From Candidatus Saccharimonadota bacterium (lineage in GTDB: Bacteria; Patescibacteriota; Saccharimonadia; Saccharimonadales; Saccharimonadaceae), in the NCBI GenBank assembly GCA_009785095.1, contig WQXA01000001.1, positions 3,244-67,243 on the forward strand: a stretch of DNA of 64,000 nucleotides, written 5' to 3'. Below, piece after piece: positions 18,054 to 26,928 of the stretch. The position numbers and the translations under genes were made by a program. Position 1 is the stretch's first letter. The number at the start of each line of letters is the position of its first letter. The notes under the pieces were generated by a model. It was not told the DNA's origin, searched no databases, and saw only the letters and a program-made list of their open reading frames with translations.

Positions 18054-19676
18054 ATGGCAAAGAAAGTATTTTATGACGACGAGGCGCGCGAGAAAATTTT
18101 AGCGGGCGCGCGAAAATTGGCCGACGCGGTCAAAGTCACCATGGGCCCAAAAGGCCGCAACGTGGTCATCGGCAAAAGCTACGGCGGGCCGAGCGTGACG
18201 CACGACGGCGTGACGGTGGCCGAGGCGATCGATTTGCCTGAGACAGAGGAAACTTTGGGCGAGAAAATCGGCGCTGATCTAATCAAGCAGGCGGCCAAGA
18301 AGATGAACAAAGATGCCGGCGACGGCACCACAACGGTGACGATTCTGACTTATGAAATTTTAAAAGAAGCCAACCGATTGATCGCGGCCGGACACAACCC
18401 GATGGCGCTGCGAAAAGGTGTCGAAAAAGCCGGCGCAGAGGTTTTGGCTGGCCTAGCCAAGTTGTCCGAACCGGTTGATGGCAAGAAAGACCGAGTGGCT
18501 GAGGTGGCGACGATCTCGGCCGGTGATAGCGAAATCGGGCAATTGATCGCTGACGTTATCGCTAAAATTGGCCGCGACGGCGTGGTTAGTGTCGAAGAAG
18601 GCCAGAGCCTGACAATGGAGGCCGAGGTGGTCGAAGGATTCACTTTTGACCGTGGCTACGTTTCGGCGTATATGGCGACCGACACTACCCGCATGGAGGC
18701 GATTTACGAGCGGCCCGCCATCTTGATTACCGATAAAAAAATCAGTTCAGTCCAGGAATTTTTGCCGATTCTCGAAAAGTTAGCGGCGGCGGGTAAGAAA
18801 GACGTCGTTTTGATTGCCGACGAGGTCGAGGGCGAAGCACTGGGCGTGCTAATCCTTAATCGTTTGAAAGGTGTCTTTAACACTGTGGCGGTCAAAGCAC
18901 CGAGTTTCGGCGATCGCAGAAAAGACGTGCTCGAGGATATCGCGATTTTGACCGGCGCGACCGTCATCACCGAGGATCAGGGACTGTCCTTTGAAAACGT
19001 TGGCCTCGAGGTGCTCGGTTCGGCGCGCAAAGTTATCGTCGGCAAAGACAACACCACGATCATTGAAGGCGCGGGCGACAAACGAAACATGGCGGCGCGG
19101 ATCAAGCAGATCTTAGCGCAAGCGGACGTGGCTAGTTCCGAATACGACAAAGAACAGCTCGAAAAGCGTGCGGCATCGCTCAACGGCAAAGTCGCTGTTA
19201 TCAAAGTCGGCGGCGCGACCGAAACCGAAATCAATGAGAAGAAATATCGTGTTGATGACGCTGTGGCTGCGACCAAAGCGGCTCTCGAGGAAGGCATCGT
19301 CCCGGGCGGCGGTGTGTCGTTGATCGCGTTGAGCAAAGAAATCACCGGCCAAAGCGCCGGCGCGGAAATTTTGCGCGTGGCCTTGGCGCAGCCGTTCAAA
19401 CAGTTGATGAACAACGCCGGACTCAACACCGAGGCGTTATTCGCCGAAGTCAGCACCGCCAAAATCGGCTATGGCGTCGACGTCATGAAGCCGGAAAAAG
19501 GCGTCATCGACCTCAAAGCCGCCGGCGTAGTCGACCCGGCACGCGTGCTGCGCGAGGAGATCCAAAACTCCGTTAGCATTTCCGCCACAGCCATGACCAT
19601 GGGCGCATTGGTGGCCGACATTCCCGAACCAAAAACCACCGCTCCCGATATGGGTGGTGGTATGGGGATGATGTAA
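18054..19676 (+). CDS. groEL: chaperonin GroEL
   Basis: DGTTTVTIL, EEGIVPGGG, C-terminal GGGMGMM. Confidence 0.97.
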   Translation: MAKKVFYDDEAREKILAGARKLADAVKVTMGPKGRNVVIGKSYGGPSVTHDGVTVAEAIDLPETEETLGEKIGADLIKQAAKKMNKDAGDGTTTVTILTYEILKEANRLIAAGHNPMALRKGVEKAGAEVLAGLAKLSEPVDGKKDRVAEVATISAGDSEIGQLIADVIAKIGRDGVVSVEEGQSLTMEAEVVEGFTFDRGYVSAYMATDTTRMEAIYERPAILITDKKISSVQEFLPILEKLAAAGKKDVVLIADEVEGEALGVLILNRLKGVFNTVAVKAPSFGDRRKDVLEDIAILTGATVITEDQGLSFENVGLEVLGSARKVIVGKDNTTIIEGAGDKRNMAARIKQILAQADVASSEYDKEQLEKRAASLNGKVAVIKVGGATETEINEKKYRVDDAVAATKAALEEGIVPGGGVSLIALSKEITGQSAGAEILRVALAQPFKQLMNNAGLNTEALFAEVSTAKIGYGVDVMKPEKGVIDLKAAGVVDPARVLREEIQNSVSISATAMTMGALVADIPEPKTTAPDMGGGMGMM

Positions 19677-19723
19677 AAATTTGCCTCCGGAGCAATTTAC
19701 CTTATACATATGACAAAACCTTG

Positions 19724-19752
19724 TTGACTTAGACACAATAGTATGATAGACT
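19724..19752 (+). promoter_or_regulatory. promoter TTGACT-17-TAGACT, 10 nt upstream of ATG 19763 (leaderless-type)
   Basis: Hexamers and spacing read directly. No Shine-Dalgarno sequence in the 10-nt gap. Confidence 0.5.
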
Positions 19753-19762
19753 ATCCACCATT

Positions 19763-20449
19763 ATGACAAGACCAGAGACAACAGGTGGGAATGATTTAGT
19801 GAAGATGGTAACGGGCGATTTATCGGCTCGGGGGGGGGTAAGCGAAGAAACGCTTGCTGACGTTGAGATTTTCTTGCGACGGCTCGAGACGGAACACGGA
19901 GGGAGCTTGGTATGTGGCAATCCAACCGAGTTCTCTAGTGCGGTGGCACGCGCGCTAGTCCGACACGAGGTAGCAAACAATGGTCGTCATACAAAAGTAA
20001 CTTGGGAAGAAGATCACGATCGTGGTGCGGCTGTTGTCAATGCACTGATGGGTAGCAAAATTGTTGCGGAGTACTTCACTCTCGACAAGAAAAAAGGAGG
20101 TGGCAGACCGATTGGGTTGACACTTCCCGCAGAATCGGCTAAAGAAGAAGATAGTGGCTTGAGCGAAATAGAGACAGAAGTCGCAGCTCTCGAGCAAGAA
20201 GTACTTACTGCAGAGGAAGAACTGGGCGAGCTTGCAGAGGCGCTAGGAATGGACGATATAACAATGGATCCTTTTGATATCCCCGAAAATACTGACCCAT
20301 GGACAAAGAGAGGACTACTGAAAGCCAGACTTGCCAAAATCCAAGAAAACTTATATCCTGCTAGAGAACTTGCTAAGGAATTGGGCATCGACACCCTTGA
20401 GTCGGAAGCGGTCAATACAGGAGCAGGTGATTATGTGGAAGTGGTGTAA
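19763..20449 (+). CDS. hypothetical acidic protein (orphan), G9 tract at codons 23-25
   Basis: Intact 228-aa ORF. The tract is read as RGG. No recognisable domain. Confidence 0.5.
   Translation: MTRPETTGGNDLVKMVTGDLSARGGVSEETLADVEIFLRRLETEHGGSLVCGNPTEFSSAVARALVRHEVANNGRHTKVTWEEDHDRGAAVVNALMGSKIVAEYFTLDKKKGGGRPIGLTLPAESAKEEDSGLSEIETEVAALEQEVLTAEEELGELAEALGMDDITMDPFDIPENTDPWTKRGLLKARLAKIQENLYPARELAKELGIDTLESEAVNTGAGDYVEVV
19830..19838. repeat. homopolymer tract G9
   Basis: Counted directly. Confidence 0.95.
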
Positions 20450-20524
20450 GGCCATTGTGTCTGGAGAAGAAGTAGAGTAGAATGGGCAAAATAAGTTAAG
20501 TTATGGGTGGGAGATAGGAAATAT

Positions 20525-20878
20525 ATGAAAGGAACTGGTAATGTACCCCTCAGGGATTTGACTGATGAAGTTAGGGGGGGGGGCAAAGCTCGTGGGAATG
20601 ATACAGCACAATCTCCAATGGCACAATCAGCTTGTCTATTACTTTCATTTGAAACAGAACGAGTAGGTCGTCCAATGACTTTTGCGGATCGATTTGCATA
20701 TGATGCAAATCTTGTCAGAGTTGGCAAGAGATTGTTTCCAAAGGAGATGACTTGGCTGGAGAATACTGGCTTTCCTACCTGCGAAGGCTGCTCTGCTGAC
20801 TGTGGAACTGAAACACCAGATTGGCTCAAGTCTGTAGTCAAAACATTAAACCGAGAAGTTTATCCCCGTAGCAACTAG
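20525..20878 (+). CDS. hypothetical Cys-containing small protein (orphan), G10 tract near the 5' end
   Basis: ATG 20525 follows GGGTGGGAGATAGG. Upstream promoter TTGTGT (20455..20460), 17-nt spacer, TAGAAT (20478..20483). The tract is read as RGGG. Confidence 0.5.
   Translation: MKGTGNVPLRDLTDEVRGGGKARGNDTAQSPMAQSACLLLSFETERVGRPMTFADRFAYDANLVRVGKRLFPKEMTWLENTGFPTCEGCSADCGTETPDWLKSVVKTLNREVYPRSN
20574..20583. repeat. homopolymer tract G10
   Basis: Counted directly. Confidence 0.95.
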
Positions 20879-20910
20879 CTTTTCACGCTATTCTGCTCAA
20901 AGAAATCAAC
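20875..20910 (-). pseudogene. duplicated 3'-end fragment of the 21613..22137 gene (reads VDFFEQNSVKS*)
   Basis: 20893..20910 (CTGCTCAAAGAAATCAAC) matches 21628..21645 (CTGCCCAAAGAAATCAAC) at 17/18 positions. Both encode VDFF(G/E)Q about 10 codons before a stop on the minus strand. Confidence 0.55.
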
Positions 20911-20943
20911 CCACTTTCGTTCACTTGATTTCCTGGCGATAAT

Positions 20944-21594
20944 ATGTTATGGTTTTCAACAATGAGAAGGCGATCATTCAGTACCAGTCAGACTCTAACT
21001 CTAACAACGGGTCGTCCAAATTTGCCACTGGTTTCGTATTCCCCTAATAGCGAACAGCCAGAATGTCCGTATGACGCGAGTAGACGTGCTTCTATCGCAC
21101 GGCGTTTGTTCGATCTGGCTGGGGGGGGGATCGATGAAGGGCTCGAGAGAGAGCTGGCTCATTGCTCGAAAGACTGCCTGAAGATAGGTTTCAACAAAGG
21201 TGGCAGTCCTAATTTTTGCATAGTGAGATGCCAACTTGGTCTACGGCCAGAAGGAAACCCAACCGATAACTTAGGCAGCGAATGCCGTCAAGCTTGGAAA
21301 GGCTCTGACTCGTTGTCACCGCTTGCCTACGACCCACTAAATGGCCAGCGAAGCTCTTCATTTACTCACGACTTAATGTTAGTTGAGCGTGAGCTTAGCA
21401 GCGTTGCGCCAGAGACTCTGACGCGGCCTGATGGTGATTGTGTCTCAACAGATATGCTAAACACACGACCATTGAGTCTAGAAGATGCAGAGCGCGTCGA
21501 TCAGCTTGTAAAAAACTGTGGTGGATGCCTAAATGTCACCTGTGCACTATACAAATCGATCGCTAAGTTGAAAAGTCGGCGTGAATCCGAGTAA
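20944..21594 (+). CDS. hypothetical Cys-rich protein (orphan), G9 tract at codons 59-61
   Basis: Intact 216-aa ORF. The tract is read as AGGG. Lies between the two 18-nt direct repeats. Confidence 0.5.
   Translation: MLWFSTMRRRSFSTSQTLTLTTGRPNLPLVSYSPNSEQPECPYDASRRASIARRLFDLAGGGIDEGLERELAHCSKDCLKIGFNKGGSPNFCIVRCQLGLRPEGNPTDNLGSECRQAWKGSDSLSPLAYDPLNGQRSSSFTHDLMLVERELSSVAPETLTRPDGDCVSTDMLNTRPLSLEDAERVDQLVKNCGGCLNVTCALYKSIAKLKSRRESE
21121..21129. repeat. homopolymer tract G9
   Basis: Counted directly. Confidence 0.95.
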
Positions 21595-21612
21595 TCAAAC
21601 TAGAAATTGAGC

Positions 21613-22137
21613 CTACCCGGCATGCTGCTGCCCAAAGAAATCAACTTCTTTGATGACGTCCAATAATGCCTGGGCGCGGCGGTTTTCGTCCGGTATGGTG
21701 CGGGCGGTTTCGTAGGCGACCGGTATGAGCGAGGTGTCATCGGTCGAGCGGATAATTAGCAAAATGGTGTTGAATCTCTCCTCGGGCGGCAGAGTCAATC
21801 TGTCGACTAGCGGTCGGAGTTCCGCCAGGGCGCTGCGCTTGATATTATCGAGTTCGGGCGGTATGGTAGGCGCCGCGGCCGGTGCCGGCGCAGCGGGCAC
21901 GGCCGGATCGGGCGTCGCAACCATCGCGGCCGGATCAGGCGCTACAACCGGCGCAACCGGATCAGGCGAAACAGGCGCCACGGACGGATCAGGCGAAACA
22001 GGCGCCATCGCCTGAGCGGCAGGCGGTTCGCCAACCGGTGCGGCAACCGGCGCCGGCTGGCCTTGGATGCCGGCTATCATCTGGTTTAGCTCGTCGTCAT
22101 TAACCTTGCTCTTGCTGGTGTCTTCGTCCATTCCCAC
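21613..22137 (-). CDS. hypothetical protein with a Pro/Ala-rich repeat linker (APVSPDP x2) and a conserved-looking C-terminal domain
   Basis: ORF with host-like codon usage. No assignable family. Confidence 0.55.
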   Translation of the reverse strand: MGMDEDTSKSKVNDDELNQMIAGIQGQPAPVAAPVGEPPAAQAMAPVSPDPSVAPVSPDPVAPVVAPDPAAMVATPDPAVPAAPAPAAAPTIPPELDNIKRSALAELRPLVDRLTLPPEERFNTILLIIRSTDDTSLIPVAYETARTIPDENRRAQALLDVIKEVDFFGQQHAG

Positions 22138-22182
22138 CCTTTCTTTTCCAAGATTATATCATAAGCAATTTAGTTTTGTAAA

Positions 22183-23136
22183 CTACTGTCTCGGCACGAA
22201 AATTTTAACGGCGTCGGAGGCGCGCTCGGCGGTCACAGTGCGGACATCGGACAGCGACACGGTATCACCACCGACGTGAATGGATAGGTCGGACGCGGGT
22301 AAAAACTCCAATTCTTCGTAATCGGACACGACGCCGGGCAGGCCAAAAGTCGCCCAACGGCCGGCGACCAAGCTTTTGCCGAACCAGCTATTGTTTGACG
22401 ATCGGCCGCGGACTTTATCGAAATGAAAGAAAAAGTCATCACGAGCTAAGAAATTGCCGACTCCCGGGGGATGGAGCAGGCCTTTGGCGGCGGGAGTGAG
22501 GAAAAAGCCGATGCTGTCGTCGCGGTAGGTCAGGCCATCGCGACGCCAAACCGGCAAGGACAGAGCGTTGATATTGCGAGATAGTTGACCGAGAGCGCTC
22601 GGCCGCAGGCTAGCGACCGGCGAGCGGCGAGGCCGGCGCTGGCGAGTGTCACGGGCTGGCTCGGAGTTTAGCCAATCGACCGCCACAGTGGTGATGCCGA
22701 ACGTGGCATAGGCCGCCACGTAGAATTTGATACGGCGATTGATCGTCAATTCGAGCGGGTGAAAATCTAGCGTTTTGCTCGTGAGAATTTTCGTAGGATT
22801 CTTGATCGAGCCGTTCAAGGCCGAAGCAAAATCGTTAGCGTTACCGAGAGGCAGAAAGCCCGCCACGACCTGTTTTTTTGATTCGAATAGACCTTGTAAG
22901 GTGACTTGGTTGACACCGTCACCGCCGGCGCCAAATAGTACGTCGTCGTCCTTTAGCGTCTCGCGCACCATTTGCACGGCCTCGAAATACGGCACTTTGT
23001 TCAGAGGGATCTCGACAAATTCAACCCCGCGCGTCGTCGCGATTTGTTTGAGAGCGGGTGCGACTTTCTGGTCGTATTCCGAGGCACGACTAGATGTCAG
23101 CGAGTGAACGGCGACTATGCGACGGAAGTTTTCCAT
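22183..23136 (-). CDS. diacylglycerol/lipid kinase family protein (YegS/BmrU-like)
   Basis: GAGGDGVNQV (GGDGT-type DAGK catalytic motif), ~315 aa, N-terminal Rossmann-like layout. Confidence 0.6.
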   Translation of the reverse strand: MENFRRIVAVHSLTSSRASEYDQKVAPALKQIATTRGVEFVEIPLNKVPYFEAVQMVRETLKDDDVLFGAGGDGVNQVTLQGLFESKKQVVAGFLPLGNANDFASALNGSIKNPTKILTSKTLDFHPLELTINRRIKFYVAAYATFGITTVAVDWLNSEPARDTRQRRPRRSPVASLRPSALGQLSRNINALSLPVWRRDGLTYRDDSIGFFLTPAAKGLLHPPGVGNFLARDDFFFHFDKVRGRSSNNSWFGKSLVAGRWATFGLPGVVSDYEELEFLPASDLSIHVGGDTVSLSDVRTVTAERASDAVKIFVPRQ

Positions 23137-23194
23137 GCTTCAATCATAGCATATTTTTAGGCGGGATCAGGCTCAATTTTATTAGGAAAAAGTA

Positions 23195-23223
23195 TTGACC
23201 TTTGAAAAGTTTCATGATACAAT
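23195..23223 (+). promoter_or_regulatory. promoter TTGACC-17-TACAAT, followed by a ~128-nt leader
   Basis: Hexamers and spacing read directly. ATG 23352 has the RBS TAGGAGAAG. Confidence 0.55.
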
Positions 23224-23351
23224 TATCCAAATCACATATTTGCCAGATCAGGCGACGCCAAAGCTGACAAATGAGGTGAACAATTCGCGCGGCTATGTTT
23301 TGAACCGATCGGCCGCGTGGGCTCGTAACTAATTCGGTTTAGGAGAAGTTT

Positions 23352-24299
23352 ATGAAGAATTTTATTGAATCAATAGGAAATGTCACTAGAAAACCAGTGG
23401 CTGTTGCTACCGTAGCAGCTGCAGCTTTCGGACTAGTTGGTGGATGTACTGTTTCTGGGTCAAACCGGGGGGGGGATGTTTCGCCTCAGGTTGCTGCGTC
23501 TCAGGATGATATGCCTGAGGATATTATGGGAGCAAAAACGTTTGCAGCACCACAAGGAGAAAGACCTAAAGACATAGAGCCCGCAGAGCCCACACTTGGA
23601 GCTTCGAATACTCCAGAAGCGACAAATAAAAGAGAAGGAATTACTCCTAGCCCCTCTAAACAACAGCCAACTGGAACTCCTAATGAAGAAGCTCCGACCA
23701 GTGCCCCAGCCACTATAGAAGCAAAAGATGAGGCAGAACCACCAGCTGTTGAAAGCCCTAAACCCACTGAGCAAATCGAAGCTCTTGACGACGTGGGCAT
23801 TATAGAAACCATAGCTGAAGAACTTAAACTATATTTGGGGGCGGGCAGCTATCTGACTGATAATAAGCTCGACCTAAGAGATCGCAGCTTGAGAAATAAA
23901 TTAAAAAAAGAGTTATCAGCACTAGAGCAGAGATTTGGTAGCGAGCTGGCGGAAGAAGTTTTAAAAAGCGCGCTTGCCCGAGCGCTCACTGGTATAGAAG
24001 ATCCATCACCGGCGGCTAAAAATAGAGACTACGCCATGCGTTTCATAAAAGGTCGCATTGGAAATCTTACTAATAGGACGCTAAATGGTGATGAGAGCGC
24101 TGAAAGGGAACTGGTTAAAATTGAAGCTGAGGTTCAGGAAAAATTACAGGCGGCCATCGATGATGGTAACAAGGGCGGTAATCCCGGCAGTTCGACAGAA
24201 AATGTTAGTTACAGAAGAACAAAATTAAGCGGAGAAACGAGAGCTTTACTGCGGTTTCTCTACGGCGATGACGCAAGAGTGGACATAGTGGAAGTATGA
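23352..24299 (+). CDS. putative lipoprotein (orphan), G9 tract 6 codons after the lipobox Cys
   Basis: Signal peptide ending LVGGC, Pro/Glu/Thr-rich linker, helical C-terminal part. The tract is read as RGG. Confidence 0.6.
   Translation: MKNFIESIGNVTRKPVAVATVAAAAFGLVGGCTVSGSNRGGDVSPQVAASQDDMPEDIMGAKTFAAPQGERPKDIEPAEPTLGASNTPEATNKREGITPSPSKQQPTGTPNEEAPTSAPATIEAKDEAEPPAVESPKPTEQIEALDDVGIIETIAEELKLYLGAGSYLTDNKLDLRDRSLRNKLKKELSALEQRFGSELAEEVLKSALARALTGIEDPSPAAKNRDYAMRFIKGRIGNLTNRTLNGDESAERELVKIEAEVQEKLQAAIDDGNKGGNPGSSTENVSYRRTKLSGETRALLRFLYGDDARVDIVEV
23467..23475. repeat. homopolymer tract G9
   Basis: Counted directly. Confidence 0.95.
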
Positions 24300-24333
24300 T
24301 AGTGGAGTGTCTTAAAACATTCCATTAACCACA

Positions 24334-24363
24334 AAATCCCGCGCTCCGGCGCGGGATTTTTCT
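24334..24363. terminator. bidirectional rho-independent terminator
   Basis: AAAATCCCGCGC-tccg-GCGCGGGATTTTT: a 10-bp GC-rich stem with an A-run on one side and a T-run on the other. Confidence 0.8.
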
Positions 24364-24389
24364 TAGTGGTACTGCTTCAATGCGACAAT
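24363..24389 (-). pseudogene. displaced native 3' end of the FtsX permease gene (IVALKQYH*)
   Basis: Encodes exactly the last 8 codons plus the stop of 24796..26016, with 5 differences from 24796..24822 that are all synonymous. It uses G/C-ending codons and abuts the terminator. Confidence 0.8.
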
Positions 24390-24439
24390 CTAGCTACATT
24401 TGACTGACCGGATTGCTTTATCTGCGGCTCGCAATGACG

Positions 24440-24742
24440 CTAAGCGGCATCGGGTCGGTCTTCATCAAGCCCCTCGCACAAGGGATTTGTCCCTGTCGAG
24501 CCTAAATCAATACCTACCTTTGGTAACATTCTGCTAACCGGCACACCTCTTCGGGCAGCGCGCTTATAGACTCTCGCTAGTCTATTAATAATTGCTTGGT
24601 GCTGCTGTTCTGGAGATGGCGCATTTAACAACCGTACAACTAGCTTACCCATTCTGTCTATTATTCGAGCCACGATGCCAGGACGCCCTTCTTGTATCAG
24701 GTTAGGTTGACGGGGGGGGGGTATATCAAGACTCTCACTCAT
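24440..24742 (-). CDS. hypothetical basic 100-aa protein (orphan), C10 tract at codons 8-10
   Basis: ATG 24742 lies 10 nt downstream of the -10 box. The tract is read as PPP. The upstream part of ORF 24440..24766 overlaps the promoter. Confidence 0.5.
   Translation of the reverse strand: MSESLDIPPPRQPNLIQEGRPGIVARIIDRMGKLVVRLLNAPSPEQQHQAIINRLARVYKRAARRGVPVSRMLPKVGIDLGSTGTNPLCEGLDEDRPDAA
24712..24721. repeat. homopolymer tract G10 (C10 on the gene strand)
   Basis: Counted directly. Confidence 0.95.
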
Positions 24743-24752
24743 ATTATATCTC

Positions 24753-24781
24753 ATTGTACAATTCAAATTCGTTTAGGTCAA
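24753..24781 (-). promoter_or_regulatory. promoter TTGACC-17-TACAAT (leaderless-type)
   Basis: Minus strand: TTGACC 24781..24776 and TACAAT 24758..24753. Confidence 0.55.
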
Positions 24782-24795
24782 GTGGCGTACTTGAC

Positions 24796-26016
24796 TTAGT
24801 GATATTGTTTTAGTGCGACAATTGGATCTTGGCGGGCGGCGCGGGCGGCTGGCCAGAGGCCAAACAAGAGACCGACAACGAGCGGTACGCCGAGACCGAT
24901 GGCGAAAATCCACCAACTAGATACTAGTGGCAAGGAAAATTGCAGGGCGATCACATAGCCGGCCGCGTAAGCTAATAGTAGTCCAACCAAGCCACCACCT
25001 AGCGTCATGAGGAGAGCTTCTAGCAAAAACTGCTCGAGAATCTGGCGTTTGGTGGCGCCGACGGCTTTTCGGATGCCGATTTCGCGCACTCGTTCGGTCA
25101 CGCTGACTAACATGATATTCATGATGCCGATGCCGCCGACCAAGAGCGATATGCTAGCAAAAATCAGAGCCACCAACGTGATCGTCGCCAACCAACCGGC
25201 GGTGGCGCCAGCCGCTTCGTGGGCGGTGTGCACAGCGAATTCGCTGTCGTCAAAGTGATCCCGCTGCAGCGTGGCGACGACGCTCTTTCTGGTTTCTTCC
25301 AATTGTTTTTTGTCGACCGCGCGGACAATTATTTGCCCAATTTGCGCTTTGTTGTCGGTGAATCGGACGCCGTCGGCCAGAGAAATAAAGGCCGCCTTGT
25401 CGACGTCAACCCCGGCCAGCGAAATCGGTTGATTAGCGGTTTTGACCACGCCGACCACCATGAATTCTTTGCCCTTGATGTTGATTTTCTGACCCATGGC
25501 TTGATTAGTTTCAATCAAGCCCGAAGCCAATTTTTCACCGAGAATCACGTAGTTACGAGCAGTTTCTTTATCAGAAAACCAATCGCCCGAAATCATTTTG
25601 AGCCCCAAAACATCCGGCAGTTGATCGTTAGTAGCAACAGTAGTGATATTGTCATAGAAACGCTGGCCGCTCTCGACGCGGCTGCCCAGGAACATCATGG
25701 GAGCGACATCTCGAACGCCGGAAAGTTTGCTAATCGCTGTGACATCGCGCTCGGCCAGAGTTGTGGCGTTAGCCACCCGGAGAGGCGAAAAGGCTTCCAT
25801 ACCCGTGGTGCTATCGCCGGCCGAACGAATCAGTAGAACGTCGTCGTTCAATCGAGCGGTTTGGTTGATAATGCTGGCACGTAGTCCGCCGCTAAGAATC
25901 AGAATCAGGGAAATAATAAAGACACCAATCACCACGCCGAGGGTCGTGAGCAGAGTCCGCGTGCGATGAGCGCGCAGGCTTCCCAGAGCGAGGCTAAAGC
26001 TAACCGGCAAAACCAT
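24796..26016 (-). CDS. ABC transporter permease, MacB/FtsX family
   Basis: N-terminal TM helix, large periplasmic-type domain, C-terminal FtsX-like 3-TM bundle (ERVREIGIRKAVGA). Confidence 0.85.
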   Translation of the reverse strand: MVLPVSFSLALGSLRAHRTRTLLTTLGVVIGVFIISLILILSGGLRASIINQTARLNDDVLLIRSAGDSTTGMEAFSPLRVANATTLAERDVTAISKLSGVRDVAPMMFLGSRVESGQRFYDNITTVATNDQLPDVLGLKMISGDWFSDKETARNYVILGEKLASGLIETNQAMGQKINIKGKEFMVVGVVKTANQPISLAGVDVDKAAFISLADGVRFTDNKAQIGQIIVRAVDKKQLEETRKSVVATLQRDHFDDSEFAVHTAHEAAGATAGWLATITLVALIFASISLLVGGIGIMNIMLVSVTERVREIGIRKAVGATKRQILEQFLLEALLMTLGGGLVGLLLAYAAGYVIALQFSLPLVSSWWIFAIGLGVPLVVGLLFGLWPAARAARQDPIVALKQYH

Positions 26017-26870
26017 TATTTCTTCCCCCTGACGAAACGCCGCGTACCCCGACGTTTGCGGGCGGCTTTACGGCGCGAGATGAATTTGTTGGCGATTGAG
26101 TGCGCTCGATTCTCAGTTAGCTCGATGTCCTTTACGATGCGACCGTCTTTCATGTGAATCACCCGAGAGGCGTAACTAAGCAGATCAGGATTGTGTGTGA
26201 CCATCAAAATAGTGTTGCCTTCGCGGTGAATGCGCGTTAATTCGTCCATGATGATCTCGCTATTTTTGCTATCGAGATTGCCGGTCGGCTCGTCGGCCAA
26301 AATGATCGACGGATTATTGACGAGAGCCCGCGCGATGGCGACGCGCTGGGTTTGGCCACCGGACAATTGATAGGGCATATAATATTCGCGATTTTGCAGA
26401 CCGAAATTTTTTAAAAGCTGACTGGCTTTTTGTTGGTGGCGGAAATTTAAGCCTCGTTGGTAAGTCAGCGGCAGAGTCACGTTGTTCAAAATGTTTAACT
26501 TTTCTATCAAATTAAAGTTTTGAAAGACAAAACCAATCTCGCGATTTCGAATGCGGGCTTTTCGGGTGCTCCTGATGCGGGCGACGTTGCGGCCATTCAA
26601 GATATATTCGCCGTCGGTCGATTGATCGAGCAATCCCAACATATTGAGCAGGGTCGTTTTACCGCAGCCGCTCGGCCCCATGATGGCCACGAATTCGCCG
26701 CGCTCGATCGTCAAATCCACACCGTCCAGAGCCGCCATCGCCGTGTCGCCGTAACCGAAAACTTTACGCAAATTATGCAGGCCAATCACCGGAGCGGTGC
26801 TGCTAACGGGACTCGCGAAAAAAATAGAACCAGTACTATGAGGTGTGGTGGCCATCTTATCAAGTATCAT
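26016..26870 (-). CDS. ABC transporter ATP-binding protein (MacB/LolD-like)
   Basis: [35 protein letters not shown]. Basic C-terminal tail. An internal start at 26855 is possible. Confidence 0.9.
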   Translation of the reverse strand: MILDKMATTPHSTGSIFFASPVSSTAPVIGLHNLRKVFGYGDTAMAALDGVDLTIERGEFVAIMGPSGCGKTTLLNMLGLLDQSTDGEYILNGRNVARIRSTRKARIRNREIGFVFQNFNLIEKLNILNNVTLPLTYQRGLNFRHQQKASQLLKNFGLQNREYYMPYQLSGGQTQRVAIARALVNNPSIILADEPTGNLDSKNSEIIMDELTRIHREGNTILMVTHNPDLLSYASRVIHMKDGRIVKDIELTENRAHSIANKFISRRKAARKRRGTRRFVRGKK

Positions 26871-26928
26871 ACTCTATTTCAAACAATTTAGCAACAGGCG
26901 AAATCAGAAAAATTCCGAACCAGGCACG

